Assembly: GCA_950097015.1 (NCBI GenBank)
Contig: CATNEN010000026.1
Coordinates: forward strand, 1,426,001-1,490,000
DNA length: 64,000 nt
Reading direction: 5' to 3'
Source of the DNA: Macrostomum hystrix
Lineage: Eukaryota > Animalia > Platyhelminthes
In this document: positions 34,560 to 46,869 of the stretch, piece after piece
Layout: each line of letters opens with the position of its first letter
Numbering within the stretch: the first letter of the stretch is position 1
Translations under genes and position numbers: made by a program
The notes under the pieces: model-generated
The model's input: the letters and a program-made list of their open reading frames with translations, nothing else
What the model was told of the DNA's origin: nothing
Database searches by the model: none

Positions 34560-35690
34560 TCCCCAGTTCCTGGATAAGCGACTATTGACTTCGTGTTCTG
34601 CAGTGGGTCTAGCTTGCGGGTCTCAACCAGTACTGGTAGGCGTCTGCCAGATACCCCCGGTTTATTCGCTGGACTCGACCGCTGGCCATCCTCACCAATA
34701 AGTCGTAATTGCGCATTGCTTTAACAATCACACCGTTGCGATCCCACTTCCAGATCTGCGAGTCTCGAATTGCGACTCGATCAGCGATCTTTTACTTCGG
34801 CAATTTCTGCGCAGAGGCGTTGTTAGACAAAATCTTTGCCTAAGCGAATTGATCATTTTGTATGCCGAGACATAATGGAGCAAGTGAGCCGAGAGTGTCC
34901 AGTGTTACCCATCCAGATTTGTCGTCGAACCATGGAGAATCATAGTTTTGAGCTCTTGGTATTCTGAATCCTTTCTAGATATCTGCAGCACTTTGCTTTC
35001 AGAGACAGACGGCTAGAATGCTAGAATCAAACTCTTTTTGTGATCTTCGGCGATTTCATCATCACTTGAAGCCTGTTCAACTGGGGCCCTCGAGAGTGCG
35101 TCTGCGTCGTTGGGCATGCTGCTTTTGATCCACCACGCAGTATATTGGAAACAGTCTAGCTTCTGTCGTAATCGCTGCAACCATGGATTGTCAATCTGGT
35201 CCAATGTGTACCGGTTTAAGATTGGTTCCAGCTGTCTGTGGTCGATTACTATTTCGAAGTTCATCAGTCATTCGAGAAATAGACGGCACTTCTTTGCTGC
35301 CGACGCGACCGCCAGCAACTCCAACTCGATCATAGCGAATCTTCGCTCTGTTTCTGAAATAAATCATGAGCCGGCCTAGACGACTCTCCATGATCCATCA
35401 TTCTGCTTTTGCTTCAATGTAAAACCGAGACCTTTTAGTCTAGAGGAATTTGTTTGCAACGCAGTCTGCTTCGACTGATCTGGTTATCTCTGGATTGGTT
35501 GAGTGGCCTTTGGAATCCAGTAGAAATTTTCGCACATCTTCGCAATGCTCTTCAAAAGTCTTATTCTCAATCAGCACATCGTTCACAATGTGAAAAGTTT
35601 TCCGCAGATTCTCCAGGGCCTCATCAATTCTTCGATTGTAGTGCTCTGATAGGGACATTGGTAGCCCTGATTGGGGGGGGGGCAAGGGAT
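34560..35690 (-). mobile_element. Degenerate Gypsy pol remnant (RT, RNase H, start of integrase)
   Basis: YNRRIDEALENL...IVNDVLI (decayed YxDD), ETERRFAMIELELLAV, VIDHRQLEPIL, RLQRLRQKL-like PWLQRLRQKL, NDADALSR; multiple stops. Confidence 0.8.
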
Positions 35691-36345
35691 TATCGGTTCT
35701 CTGCTAACGGGGTATTTATTTTTCTGCAAATGGGGGGCATTGGTTGCCTGCTGTGAGGGAAAGATTTGGTTCTCTGCTGCTGCGGAAAGGCATTTCTCGT
35801 CTTCCTAGGGTTTCGCCTGCCTGCTGCTGTTGTTACCCGAGTGGATTATTTTTGTGCCACCCGTAGGGGGCCTAAAAGGCTTATCCGGTACTATATTTGT
35901 GACTGGGAGATTTTATGAGCCAATAATCTAGTCTTTTTCATGGATTTATTAGCATTCCATATTTTAATCCGGTGCTTGGTTGGGACCATAGACATAAAAA
36001 ATCCCGGAGTTTCATCTATGATTGATATCAGACTACACAAAACTTTTTTACGAGCTATTTTCATAAATCCTTTGCGGCTTCAGAAAACTTGTTTGATTAT
36101 ACTCGTATTTTTTACTAAGAATGAATCTAAAAAATATAATAAAGTGGCTGTACTGACGATAATACGGAGAGATCCAGCATATGCAATTACAATTAACTTT
36201 TAACAATTAACAAGCGTTTCATAGGCTCTTTCAGAAAGAGAATGCATCGAGTGTTGGCAAAGTTTGCTTGTTTAACTATTTAACTATTAACTATTAACTA
36301 GTTAAACACAACTATTGAGTAACTAGTTTTACTCTTATCAATAAT

Positions 36346-38000
36346 TCACAATTGGACGCTGAACAAAGTGAACCATTTGTGGCAGTAAATTCCCGTTAAA
36401 TTGTACGCTAAAGAATTCAGTCCATCTTTAGACATGCGCTTTCTGACAGCTACCAAAGCTGGCCATGCCATTTTGTTGACCATCAAATCATTGGCATGAT
36501 TCAGATTAGTGTAGCTCATATAAGGCTTAGCGTAGGTGATGCGCCAATTCTTCAGCCGCAATCTGACCGACAGCTCGTCATCCTCCCGACCCCAGCCATA
36601 GTAGAGATTGGAATTGCCATTCACCGATTCAAACTGCTGCTTAGTTAGGGCGACCACGCCGCCAAAGAAATGACGATAAAGCTGGCCTGGCGAGTACTTC
36701 TTAGTGGCCAGGTTAAGTAAGCGACTAACTAGATGACGGGGATGCTTGGCATTGCAGCTGTAGTTGGGCCAAAGCGGTTCGGGCAGCTTGTCTGCATCGT
36801 GAAACACGAAACAGTCACAGTTGTCATACCTTGATTCGGGTGGGCAATAGAGAAGCGAAGATTATTGGAGTAAGAAAAGAAAAGTACAAATTGAGGATAG
36901 CTACTATATTGGTCACTTTGGGAGGAAAGTAGATTGGTAGATTTGAGAAGAGGCCGGTAGAGTTGAGATGTGAGTAAAAAGAGCAGTACATTTGAAAAGA
37001 GATGGGGAATTTAGTGTAAAGTGGATTACTATATATGATTAGATATTACTATAGCTTAACTTATATTGCGAGATTCAGAAATATATGAAAAGGTTCGGAG
37101 TACATAGTTGGATTTTGATAGATTGCTAGCAGCGAAATCGAGGAATAAGGTGGAATGTATTAGGTACGAACTAGGCAGAAAGTATATTATAGCCCTTATA
37201 TAACTAGAGCAGTAAGGTGTGATATACGCCAAATTATATGAGGTGCTTAAGGCTAAATGGAGTTTAAAACACTTTTTACTCACTTTTTAGACAATTTATA
37301 GCCAATGTTGAGAAGCTTGGCTCGATTAAACTGTTTTGTATCATTCTGTTCAATAACATACAGACCATAGCTAATTGGCTGCCTCTGCAGCAGGTCATGC
37401 AGGTGATGCACTAATAATAGCAGGTTAGTTAGGCGATTGCGATAGGGCACTAAATATGGCTAAGCAAGACTTCGGAGTTGCACTGTCACTACAGGCTGGT
37501 GACACCTGCCACGAGCCGCATTTCATTCTGGATTGTTCAATGTACTTTGGACATCTTATATTCAAATCCTCCATAGTAAGTGGCACACAAGTTTCATTAC
37601 GTTGATTAGGCCGCCAGCAGCTACTATTAGTAGTATTAGATTTCTCCATATTGCGATAATCCACACTTGCAAGTTCATTGGAATGTGATTTCACTTGCTG
37701 CAGTGACCGCTGCTCTAACATTAACGTTAGGCCCTGAATAGAGTCAATCAATGGCTTATTGTCACCAGTTTCATGTTTAGGTGATTGCGTTGTGGATTGT
37801 ACACCTAGCTTGCCTGATTTGCTGAACAGAGGATTGAAAAATAATATTTTTCTAATTGGCACAGTGCGATGAGAGCAAAAAACAGCAATCATAAAAACAG
37901 TTAATCCACTGCTGAACATAAGTATCAACAATATTATGTGCTTGAATTTTGATATGAAAGGAAATGCTGGGCTAGTATTGATCCACATTATTGCTGACAT
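36346..38000 (-). CDS. Beta-1,4-galactosyltransferase-like (GT7) type II membrane protein; one +1 frameshift in this sequence
   Basis: Exon 1 38000-37284 with an N-terminal TM helix; removing one A at 37452-37454 gives LAILVPYRNR...FNRAKLLNIG. Exon 2 36829-36346 has FVFHDAD (DxD), FFGGV, YYGWGREDDE. Confidence 0.8.
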
Positions 38001-39399
38001 ATTTTTCAGTTTCGAAATTGTAATTCAAAGATGAATGTAGCTTGCACAGGAGCAAGAAACATATTTAGTGTGGAGCCATAGATAAAATGCCTGAAAATTG
38101 TTGCATGAGATAGGTTAAGCAAATTTTAGCTTACCAAATTCTCCTTTATCAGAGTAAGTGTCAATTGTTACAGACATCTACAGACTGCTAAATGATTCTG
38201 GGATTCTAGAGTCTTATAAAGTATATCTCTTACTTGACAAAATTTGGAAATTTCTAAGTAGTATTTCGTTTCTCTTATGATAACTTATTATTTTTTATTA
38301 GCATGCTTTTTGTAGTCTAGTTTTTTAATTACTTATACAGATTTATACCAATAAGCTCACCCACATGGCAAGTCTAGGTTGCAAGAAAAATCTTACATTA
38401 TATACTAAGTAAAATTCAAAAAAGTTTGCCTATGGATTCTCTTTGAGATTTGTGATTGCCAAAAATATTTTTGTTGATGCAGTAGAATGTTAAAACAAGC
38501 CACACACCTCTATATGTATCTATAGACAGATTTTATAAAAACTATGTCTTAGCATCAATATTGTCACTCCCAGTATACATATCAATGGACTAAAACAGAC
38601 TACACAGCTTCTTCAAATGACTATAACACAAACACTATCAATAAATACAAATTTATATTAATTTTACATTATTGCTTTTAGAATACCTATCTCAAAACTC
38701 TGACAGCCTAAAGTTTATCATTATAAGAACCAATTAAACCACTTATGATTTGAATAAAACAATATTATTCATTTTTTTTATTCAAGATACATAGTAACTT
38801 CTACTAAATCTACTATACTAAAAATGAAAAGTATGTCTTTCTTGTTCACTTGTTCAGAGAAAAAAATGGCTGAACCGATTTTCACCATTCTTTTGCCAAA
38901 ATATGCCAAATATGGGGACAATTCTACATGTATTTTTATTAAGCTTAACTTTATTGCTAAGGGGATTAAATATTTGAAAAACATGATTTTTTCAAAAGTC
39001 AAACCATCTTGGCCTATTGAGAATTTTACTCACTGCCACTGAATTAGAATTGCATCGTCAAATTGCGCAACAACCCCCAGCTGATTGAATTTGAAGCCTG
39101 CACTCTGGAAACAAATTGGAAATAAATGTACACAACCAACCGCGAGACTGAGTGTACTCTATTTTCTTACTTCATTGCACAAAGCCAGAACTTTGAGAAT
39201 TCATTTTATAAGGCTGATTTTTTGAACCCACTAACCAACAGTCGGAATAGCCTATGTGTAGACTCTATGTTCGACTCTGCACTGCGTCAAATCATTTAAA
39301 CTAATTGTCAGTCAGTAGTAATGGATGCAAAGCAATAAATTTTTATTTAATTTTTAAATTAGAGGGGAAACTTTTAATTCACTTTTGCATAGCAAAACC

Positions 39400-39830
39400 A
39401 GTGTCTGAATCATGGCAAAACCAGAGTTTGAATCATGGCTAAACCAGAGTTTGAATCATGGCTAAACCAGCGTTTGAATCCTAGCTAAACCAGAGTTTGA
39501 ATCATGGCTAAACCAGAGTCTGAATCATAGCTAAACCAGCGTCTGAATCATGGCTAAACCAGAGTTTGAATCATGGCTAAACCAGAGTTTGAATCATGGC
39601 TAAACCAGAGTTTGAATCATGGCTAAACCAGAGTTTGAATCATGGCTAAACCAGAGTTTGAATCATGGCTAAACCAGAGTTTGAAGCATGGCTAAACCAG
39701 CATTTGAATCATAGCTAAACCAGAGTTTGAATCATGGCTAAACCAGAGTCTGAATCATGGCTAAACCAGAGTCTGAATCATGGCTAAACCAGCATTTGAA
39801 TCATGGCTAAACCAGAGTTTGAATCATGGC
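39400..39830. repeat. 23-bp minisatellite GCTAAACCAGAGTTTGAATCATG
   Basis: About 18 tandem copies. Confidence 0.95.
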
Positions 39831-40259
39831 AAAATCATTGAAATGAATTCTCAACATTTTGAGTTTGTTATCTAATAATGTCACAATGATATATATTTGT
39901 ATCATACATGCACAACACCTGGCCGAACCAGCCGGGTGAAACTAGGGCTAAGCAAGGTAAGTCGCAAAAACCAATCGACCAAGCACAAAAAATCAAAGGG
40001 GGGACCAAGGGACAAAAAAGAAAGGCGTGAAGAAAAGGAAAAAGGGGAGAGAAAAAAAAGAGCAAATGAGAGCAAACTAAGTCGTAAATAGAACAATGAA
40101 ACAAACTAAGTCGCAAATGAGAGCAAAAACTAAGTCGCACTGCCGGCTAAGATTTGGGAGGTTGCGCATGTATGATTTGTATGATAAATATTTTGCCTAA
40201 TATTCATTTAATTGTTGTTCTTCTCAATTTTCTACATAAGAAGCTAATATAAAAATTCA

Positions 40260-41095
40260 ACTGGGCAACATTGTCAACTGGGCATCATCATCAATGGGGA
40301 GTCATCATCAAATGGGGGATCATTGTCAACTGGGAGATCATCAGCAACTGGGGGATCATTGTCAACTGGGGGATCATTGTCAACTGGGGGATCATTGTCA
40401 ACTGGGGTATCATTGTCAACTGGGGTATCATTGTCAACTGGGGATCATTGTAAACTGGGGGATCATTGTCAACTGGGGTATCATTGTCAACTGGGGGATC
40501 ATTGTCAACTGGGGGATCATTGTCAACTGGGGTATCATTTTCAACTGGGATATCATTGTCAACTGGGGGATCATTGTCAACTGGGGTATCATTGTCAACT
40601 GGGGGATCATTGTCAACTGGGGGATCATTGTCAACTGGGGTATCATTGTCAACTAGGATATCATTGTCAACTGGGGGATCATTGTCAACTGGGGGATCAT
40701 TGTCAACTGGGGGATCATTATCAACTGGGATATCATTGTCAACTGGGGTATCATTGTCAACTGGGGTATCATTGTCAACTGGGGGATCATTGTAAACTGG
40801 GGGATCATTGTCAACTGGGGTATCATTGTCAACTGAGATATCATTGTCAACTGGGGTATCATTGTCAACTAGGATATCATTGTCAACTGGGGATCATCAT
40901 CAATGGGGAGTCATCATCAACTAGGTGACCATCATCAATGGGGCGTCATTATCAACTGGGTGATCATCATCAACTGGGGGATCATTGTCAACTGGGGGAT
41001 CATTGTCAACTGGGGGATCATTGTCAACTGGGTGATCATCATCAATTGGGGGATCATTGTTGACTGGGGGATCATTGTCAACTGGGGGATCATTG
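40260..41095. repeat. 18-bp minisatellite GGGGGATCATTGTCAACT
   Basis: More than 40 copies; source of spurious IVNWGI-repeat ORFs. Confidence 0.95.
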
Positions 41096-41151
41096 TATGA
41101 GCGTAGCTTTATAAAGCTGTAAATTCAGCTGCTAAAAAGTATATACTAGAC

Positions 41152-41522
41152 CAGGGGTAGGCAAACTTATTTGCTAGCGGGCCAAAGAGAGAACCTAAAA
41201 GATGACAGCAGGCCGCATTGACTATAGAAATATGAGACATGGGAGAGATGAGACATGGGAGAGATGAGACATGGGAGAGATGAGACATGGGAGAGATGAG
41301 ACACAGGAAAGATGGGACACGAGAGAGATGAGACACGGGAGAGATTAGACATGGGAGAGATTAGACACGGGAGAAATTAGATACAAGAGCGATAAGACAG
41401 AGGAGAGATTAGACACGAGAGAGATTAAACAGGACACTGTAGATGTCAGAAGGGGCGACGGGCCAGATTTGGGAGCTTCGAGGGCCGGATCTGGCCCACA
41501 GGCCGGAGTTTGCCGACCCCTG
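41152..41522. mobile_element. hAT (Buster-type) MITE, second copy
   Basis: TIRs CAGGGGTAGGCAAAC / GTTTGCCGACCCCTG; perfect 8-bp TSD TACTAGAC; shorter internal repeat tract than the 16 kb copy. Confidence 0.92.
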
Positions 41523-43843
41523 TACTAGACAAATTTTAAAATATTTTTACTCCCCGAAGGGGGGCAAAACTTGCTAATAACTAGCTATATATCTTTATAT
41601 TGCTTGCCAAATAAATGTATACAATGAATACTAATAGGCCTACAATTAGCAAAACTAAAAGTCATGAATAAACTAACTAGTCAAACTAAAATGTAATGAC
41701 ATACAAGTTGACATACTGTAAGATTGATGTGCATATTTGACATGCCAAATTTTCAGGTATAATAAGAAGTAAAAAACAATAAACTAAGTCTCTATAGTCA
41801 TAGATAATAGACAAAGACCATAGCAGCACCCAAATATTCAGAATACAGCTTAATTTAAATTATTTCAGCTAAAAACAACAAAAAATTCTTTAAACTTTAA
41901 CTTTAGCAAATTCATATTTTCTATGAAACGTAGCTAAGATCTACAAAGCTATTTTACATGAATTTAGCTAATAATAGCCCCTATATTGCATGCAGATGCT
42001 GCTAGTTACAAAGGAGTCAATCAAGGACTTAGACAACAAAGGCTCATTCAAAAGTTTTTTTAGTGTAGAAAGGTATTTTTAAAATCAGTAAAAACAGATA
42101 AATTATATTTTACCTAGGCGTTAAGTGTAGCTATATCTAAAGACGGTATCGACCAACTACAAACATACCCGATACGATACATTGGTGCCAAGTCTACTCA
42201 CTGTATGGTACACACCGCGTGAAAAAAAGTTTATTTGCATTAGTGCGAGAAGAAATTTAATGTAACGACATAACAAGTTGCAACTTTCGCGTTACACTTA
42301 GGCCTCTTGAACACACAAAAGTATCATTAATATATATTTATTTATTTTAAAACGATATGTCTAGCACCAAAGCTAATGTTTCAAGTTTTTTATTTTAATT
42401 TTTTAACGGCTTTTAAATGTATTTAAATTTGTTAATTGTAATGAATTTATTGGTCGGTGGTCGCTATTTAAAATGAATTGTAAATCGTTTTGAAGGGCTG
42501 CAGCTTAATGTAATATAATTAGTAATAGGGCCTACTTCTGTTATATAAATTACGCCGCTTTGCTGACGCACGCGCTTACAATATAGAGCAAGATTAGTTA
42601 AAGGTGGTTATATTAATTATAATCTAATGTTCGAATATTCTAATTATCTAAACTTAGTGGCTAATCCCGATGCGCGCGCGCGAGTCAGAAAACCGGTTGC
42701 AACTGGTGTCACTTTATATTTAACTTGTCAAGCTTAGTTTAAACAAATACTAAATACATAATTAATACAAACATCCGTACGAAAATACCGGTTATATGAG
42801 AAGATGATTAGCATAAATTTAGTTGTAATAACAGTATACAATAAATATTTTGATTTTACCAACAATTTAAAATAGACGAATTATTTCATTACATCATCCT
42901 CCTCAACAAAAGTCAATGTCCTCATTGAAAATAACAATAAATAACGTACATATGGCATTACAATGGCTTCAATACATAGCTTCATATCGCGATCATACTA
43001 CTAGCAGTACAAATACAAGATTCGATAATATATACTCTATACGAAGCAATAGATACCATGCGACACCGTTCAACAGATACCGAGCAACACAAGACGAACA
43101 GCACAAAATGTACGCTTGGGAGCGGGGACTGCGAAACTGACCAACAAGAACCGACAAGAACTTGGGCGATCGAAAGCTGCACCACGCACCGAAAAGACGG
43201 GGTAGCTTCGAATCCCTAAGCCTCAGCGAGCCTCACAAAATTCTACCGAACCAACCTGCCGGGCGATGACAAGGAGGACATTTCAATGCCTCCTGCATGC
43301 CTGGCTGTGGCAGCGGCTAGAAGAAAACCACGACAAACTACTAAACATAACAGTAACTATGACAACGCGGATACAGTCTAAAATACAAAATTGCAAAGTC
43401 TAAAAATACAGTCAATACAGTCTACAGGTTTCTTACGGTACAAATAGACATTTAATGGATAACGAACATCACGACAAAACTTAAACACGATCAAACTTCG
43501 ACTAGTTATTTGGATTCATTCGACATCAACAATAACGAGGGAATAGTCAGTGGTAGGTCCATTCACAAACAATAACTCATTGAAATGCGCAAAATTGTGT
43601 AAACGCAAGAAAACATATACAAAACTTAACATTTGAAAAACACGATTTTGAAGAGTAACGAGTAACAACTAATCATATTGGGAATTTAAAATGCACTGAT
43701 CACGAATGGAGGTAAATTTAATTGCAAAGCAACCGATACACTTAAGGATATTGGAAGTGCAAACAGAAGATAAATAACTTCGAGATACAAGCAAACGAAA
43801 GAACTTTATTGCAGCGAAAAGCATTCGATTGACGACATATTGT

Positions 43844-44641
43844 TTAAATGTTAACGCATACGCATGGAAAATTAAAAAGTGCAATCAACCGAAAGTTTAC
43901 TTGTAGCTTATAGCAACACAGTCGGGCATCTGAAACAAAATCTGCATTAATTTCGGCCATAGCGACATAATTATTTATTAGATGAATACCTCTGGCAAGC
44001 AAGAGACCTGGGACATGGTGATTTGATTCAACAATGCCTGGAGCAAGTGATTGATCAGGAAGTTTTGGCTTAATAGAAATATCAAGAGTCTGGCCTGGTG
44101 GCACAGTTGTAGTTTCGGCCACAACAAGGACTTGAAACCTTGGGACTTCCATGGTTTTCCGAGTTGGAATTGATTTGTTATGAGCATTGAAAGTAATAAT
44201 ACCTTGTGCTGGGTGGATAGAAACATCAAATTGCTTTAAGAAATCTAAACCTATAATTACATTGTGCTGGATATTGCTACAGACATATACTTCATGTGAT
44301 AAATTGAGTTGGCCAAATGAAAAGGTAACTTTTTTCTTTCCTAAAACCTTTAATTCTTCGCCATTGGCAACTGTTAACTGAACTTCTGCCTTGATAAGAT
44401 TTAGTCTAGGTTGATTAAGGACATCAGTTGAAATGATTGTGACACTAGAGCCTGTGTCTATTAGGCAAGGTATTTTTTTAGACGCTACAACTGCATTTAC
44501 ATATATAGCATTATTAAAATCAAGATTTACATTAAGGATTTCCCCAGCTCCTTGCTTCTGGTGATCAGCTACAGTGGTGGGGCAGTTGGCACTCTTGGCT
44601 GGAATCTGCCCCGTGATCCAGCCTGATTGGCGTTTGGGCAA
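43844..44641 (-). CDS. Retroviral-type aspartic protease in the -1 frame relative to gag
   Basis: CLIDTGSSVTII active site and VIIGLDFL; overlaps the gag 3' end; ORF ends without an RT domain. Confidence 0.85.
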   Translation of the reverse strand: MPKRQSGWITGQIPAKSANCPTTVADHQKQGAGEILNVNLDFNNAIYVNAVVASKKIPCLIDTGSSVTIISTDVLNQPRLNLIKAEVQLTVANGEELKVLGKKKVTFSFGQLNLSHEVYVCSNIQHNVIIGLDFLKQFDVSIHPAQGIITFNAHNKSIPTRKTMEVPRFQVLVVAETTTVPPGQTLDISIKPKLPDQSLAPGIVESNHHVPGLLLARGIHLINNYVAMAEINADFVSDARLCCYKLQVNFRLIALFNFPCVCVNI

Positions 44642-45891
44642 TTCCTATTTATGTGCCCATGTTGACCACATCCATAGCATTTCCCTTGGTTCCTGCTCTG
44701 GTGCAGTTGGCGCTGTGGCTGGTTCAGTAGTGCTGGTTGATAAGGCCTTGTGTTTACAGCTGTTTTAGCAGTTGCTTGCATGTGGTTAGATTGAGAGTCT
44801 ATTGAATTGCATTGCTGACTTCCCATATGTGGGTAAATTGGCTTAGTGTTTCTTATTATATTGCTTCTTTGTGCACTATGTGTAGATTGACTTTGAAGTA
44901 GCAACTGTGTCTCTCGAACTTGTTGTGCCAGCTGTAGAGCTTGTTCTGGTGTCTCAAGGTGCAATTGGTTAGACAAATACTCTGTTACCTTTAAGTCACC
45001 AATACCTGCAATAAATTGGTCAAGCACCATAGTTTGGACTACTTCACTATTGGCATTTTCTGGATAAGCTTGAATGGCTAGATTTTGTAAGTTTGTCAAG
45101 AATTGCTCAAATGTTTCATTAGGCTTCCTAGTTAGGGTCCGAACTTCTCTTCTAAGAACAATACTAGTTTTCTCACCTTGTCTACTCTTTAAAAATTGCA
45201 CACATAAGTCATAGGTAGCATTTGGCAGTTGTTCAAGAGGTGTACCTAGAGGCATACCTGCTGATGCACATGCATTTGCCAACCAGGCTCTATAAGAACT
45301 AAAGACTGGACCTAAGAAAGCAACAAGTGTTTGAATTTTGATAGCATCAGTCAAGCTAGGGAATCTGCAAAGATAATTATCGATTCTAGCAATGAAATCA
45401 GAAAAGTCTTCCTTGCCATTAAATGGTGCTGGCTTAGGCACAGGAGGAATCTGGTAAGATGTTGGCATAGGCTCAATGCTAGTGTGCTTTTGTGCTTGAA
45501 AAATTTGAGGCACTGGGCCTAAGAAAAGGCTAGGATTGGTAGCATTGGTTGGCTCTGAATCGGCAATACATGATGCTTCATCTAAAAATGGATTAGTGCT
45601 TCTTGATAAATTGTGGTTTATCCACTCTTGAACTCTCATATTTTCTTGTGCAGATGATGATGGAACATATAGTTCTCTATGACCATAATCTATATGGAAA
45701 GGATTTGTTTGTATTGTTGGTTCAGTTCTATTGATTTGTTCTGGTGGGTTAAAGAATAAATAGTCTGCATTTGGGTTTGACTGGAAGTCACCAGATTGGC
45801 CTGGCCAAGGGTTGGATTGAATTGGCACAGGTGCTCTCTGAACTGATCGATTTCTTAATTCAATTGTGTCCATTAAGTGTTGAGACATCAC
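44569..45891 (-). CDS. gag: Gag of the LTR element
   Basis: 440 aa; capsid-like region (QKPNETFEQF-like RKPNETFEQF, MVLDQFIAG) and CCHC knuckle CYGCGQHGHINRNC. Confidence 0.88.
   Translation of the reverse strand: MMSQHLMDTIELRNRSVQRAPVPIQSNPWPGQSGDFQSNPNADYLFFNPPEQINRTEPTIQTNPFHIDYGHRELYVPSSSAQENMRVQEWINHNLSRSTNPFLDEASCIADSEPTNATNPSLFLGPVPQIFQAQKHTSIEPMPTSYQIPPVPKPAPFNGKEDFSDFIARIDNYLCRFPSLTDAIKIQTLVAFLGPVFSSYRAWLANACASAGMPLGTPLEQLPNATYDLCVQFLKSRQGEKTSIVLRREVRTLTRKPNETFEQFLTNLQNLAIQAYPENANSEVVQTMVLDQFIAGIGDLKVTEYLSNQLHLETPEQALQLAQQVRETQLLLQSQSTHSAQRSNIIRNTKPIYPHMGSQQCNSIDSQSNHMQATAKTAVNTRPYQPALLNQPQRQLHQSRNQGKCYGCGQHGHINRNCPNANQAGSRGRFQPRVPTAPPL
44579..44638 (-). promoter_or_regulatory. Candidate -1 ribosomal frameshift signal (slippery heptamer plus H-type pseudoknot)
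   Basis: C CCA AAC in the gag frame, 8-nt spacer, stem 1 GGCTGGA/TCCAGCC, stem 2 GGGGCA/TGCCCC. Confidence 0.7.
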
Positions 45892-46869
45892 AAATGAAAT
45901 GTTAAGCTAAGATCTCTATTTAACTTAACCTATTAAGACCAATATTACTAGTTTGAGTTTGAAATGTAGTTTGAAACAAAATAAATTATTAGGTCAATAC
46001 CAAAGGAGAAATAAGTCATTAATGAGATCTAGGCCTAGTTAAACTGTAGTTGCAACATGCAATAGGGCCAACAATCAAGAGACTAGCTCTAGACTAACTG
46101 AGATTTAGTGAGACAATATATAACCAGAAAATACAGATAAAGTGTATGTAGATATTAACAAATTTCGATATCAGAGAAGAGATTACTCAAAACTACACAA
46201 AGTAAATGAATATAAATCCAGATTATATTAAAATAGCTAATAGATTCCAGCAGAGTCTAACATTTAGAGTATGGTCCTGGCGTGGTCGCCATTTGTAATG
46301 AATTTATTGGTCGGTGGTCGCTATTTAAAATGAATTGTAAATCGTTTTGAAGGGCTGCAGCTTAATGTAATATAATTAGTAATAGGGCCTACTTCTGTTA
46401 TATAAATTACGCCGCTTTGCTGACGCACGCGCTTACAATATAGAGCAAGATTAGTTAAAGGTGGTTATATTAATTATAATCTAATGTTCGAATATTCTAA
46501 TTATCTAAACTTAGTGGCTAATCCCGATGCGCGCGCGCGAGTCAGAAAACCGGTTGCAACTGGTGTCACTTTATATTTAACTTGTCAAGCTTAGTTTAAA
46601 CAAATACTAAATACATAATTAATACAAACATCCGTACGAAAATACCGGTTATATGAGAAGATGATTAGCATAAATTTAGTTGTAATAACAGTATACAATA
46701 AATATTTTGATTTTACCAACAATTTAAAATAGACGAATTATTTCATTACATAATTTAACTCAACTCACTATAAAAGCACTGATAAAAAAGTGTTCTTAAT
46801 TTTCTAACCACAAAGTTTATCATAGTAAATATGTTAATGTAGAATTCGAGAAGTAAAAACTTAACGAAA

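Larger units (their letters stand above)
42437..46750 (-). mobile_element. Gypsy-type LTR retrotransposon, gag-protease only (non-autonomous)
   Basis: 457-bp LTRs at 42437-42893 and 46294-46750, TG...CA, identical by eye; 4-bp TSD TAAT; PBS TGGCGACCACGCCAGGAC; PPT GAGGAGGATGA; no RT, RNase H or integrase seen. Confidence 0.93.

Noticed and set aside
44676-44690. GGGAAAT as the gag-pro slippery site
   Set aside because: It is out of phase with gag, and a stop in the -1 frame follows before the protease ORF opens.
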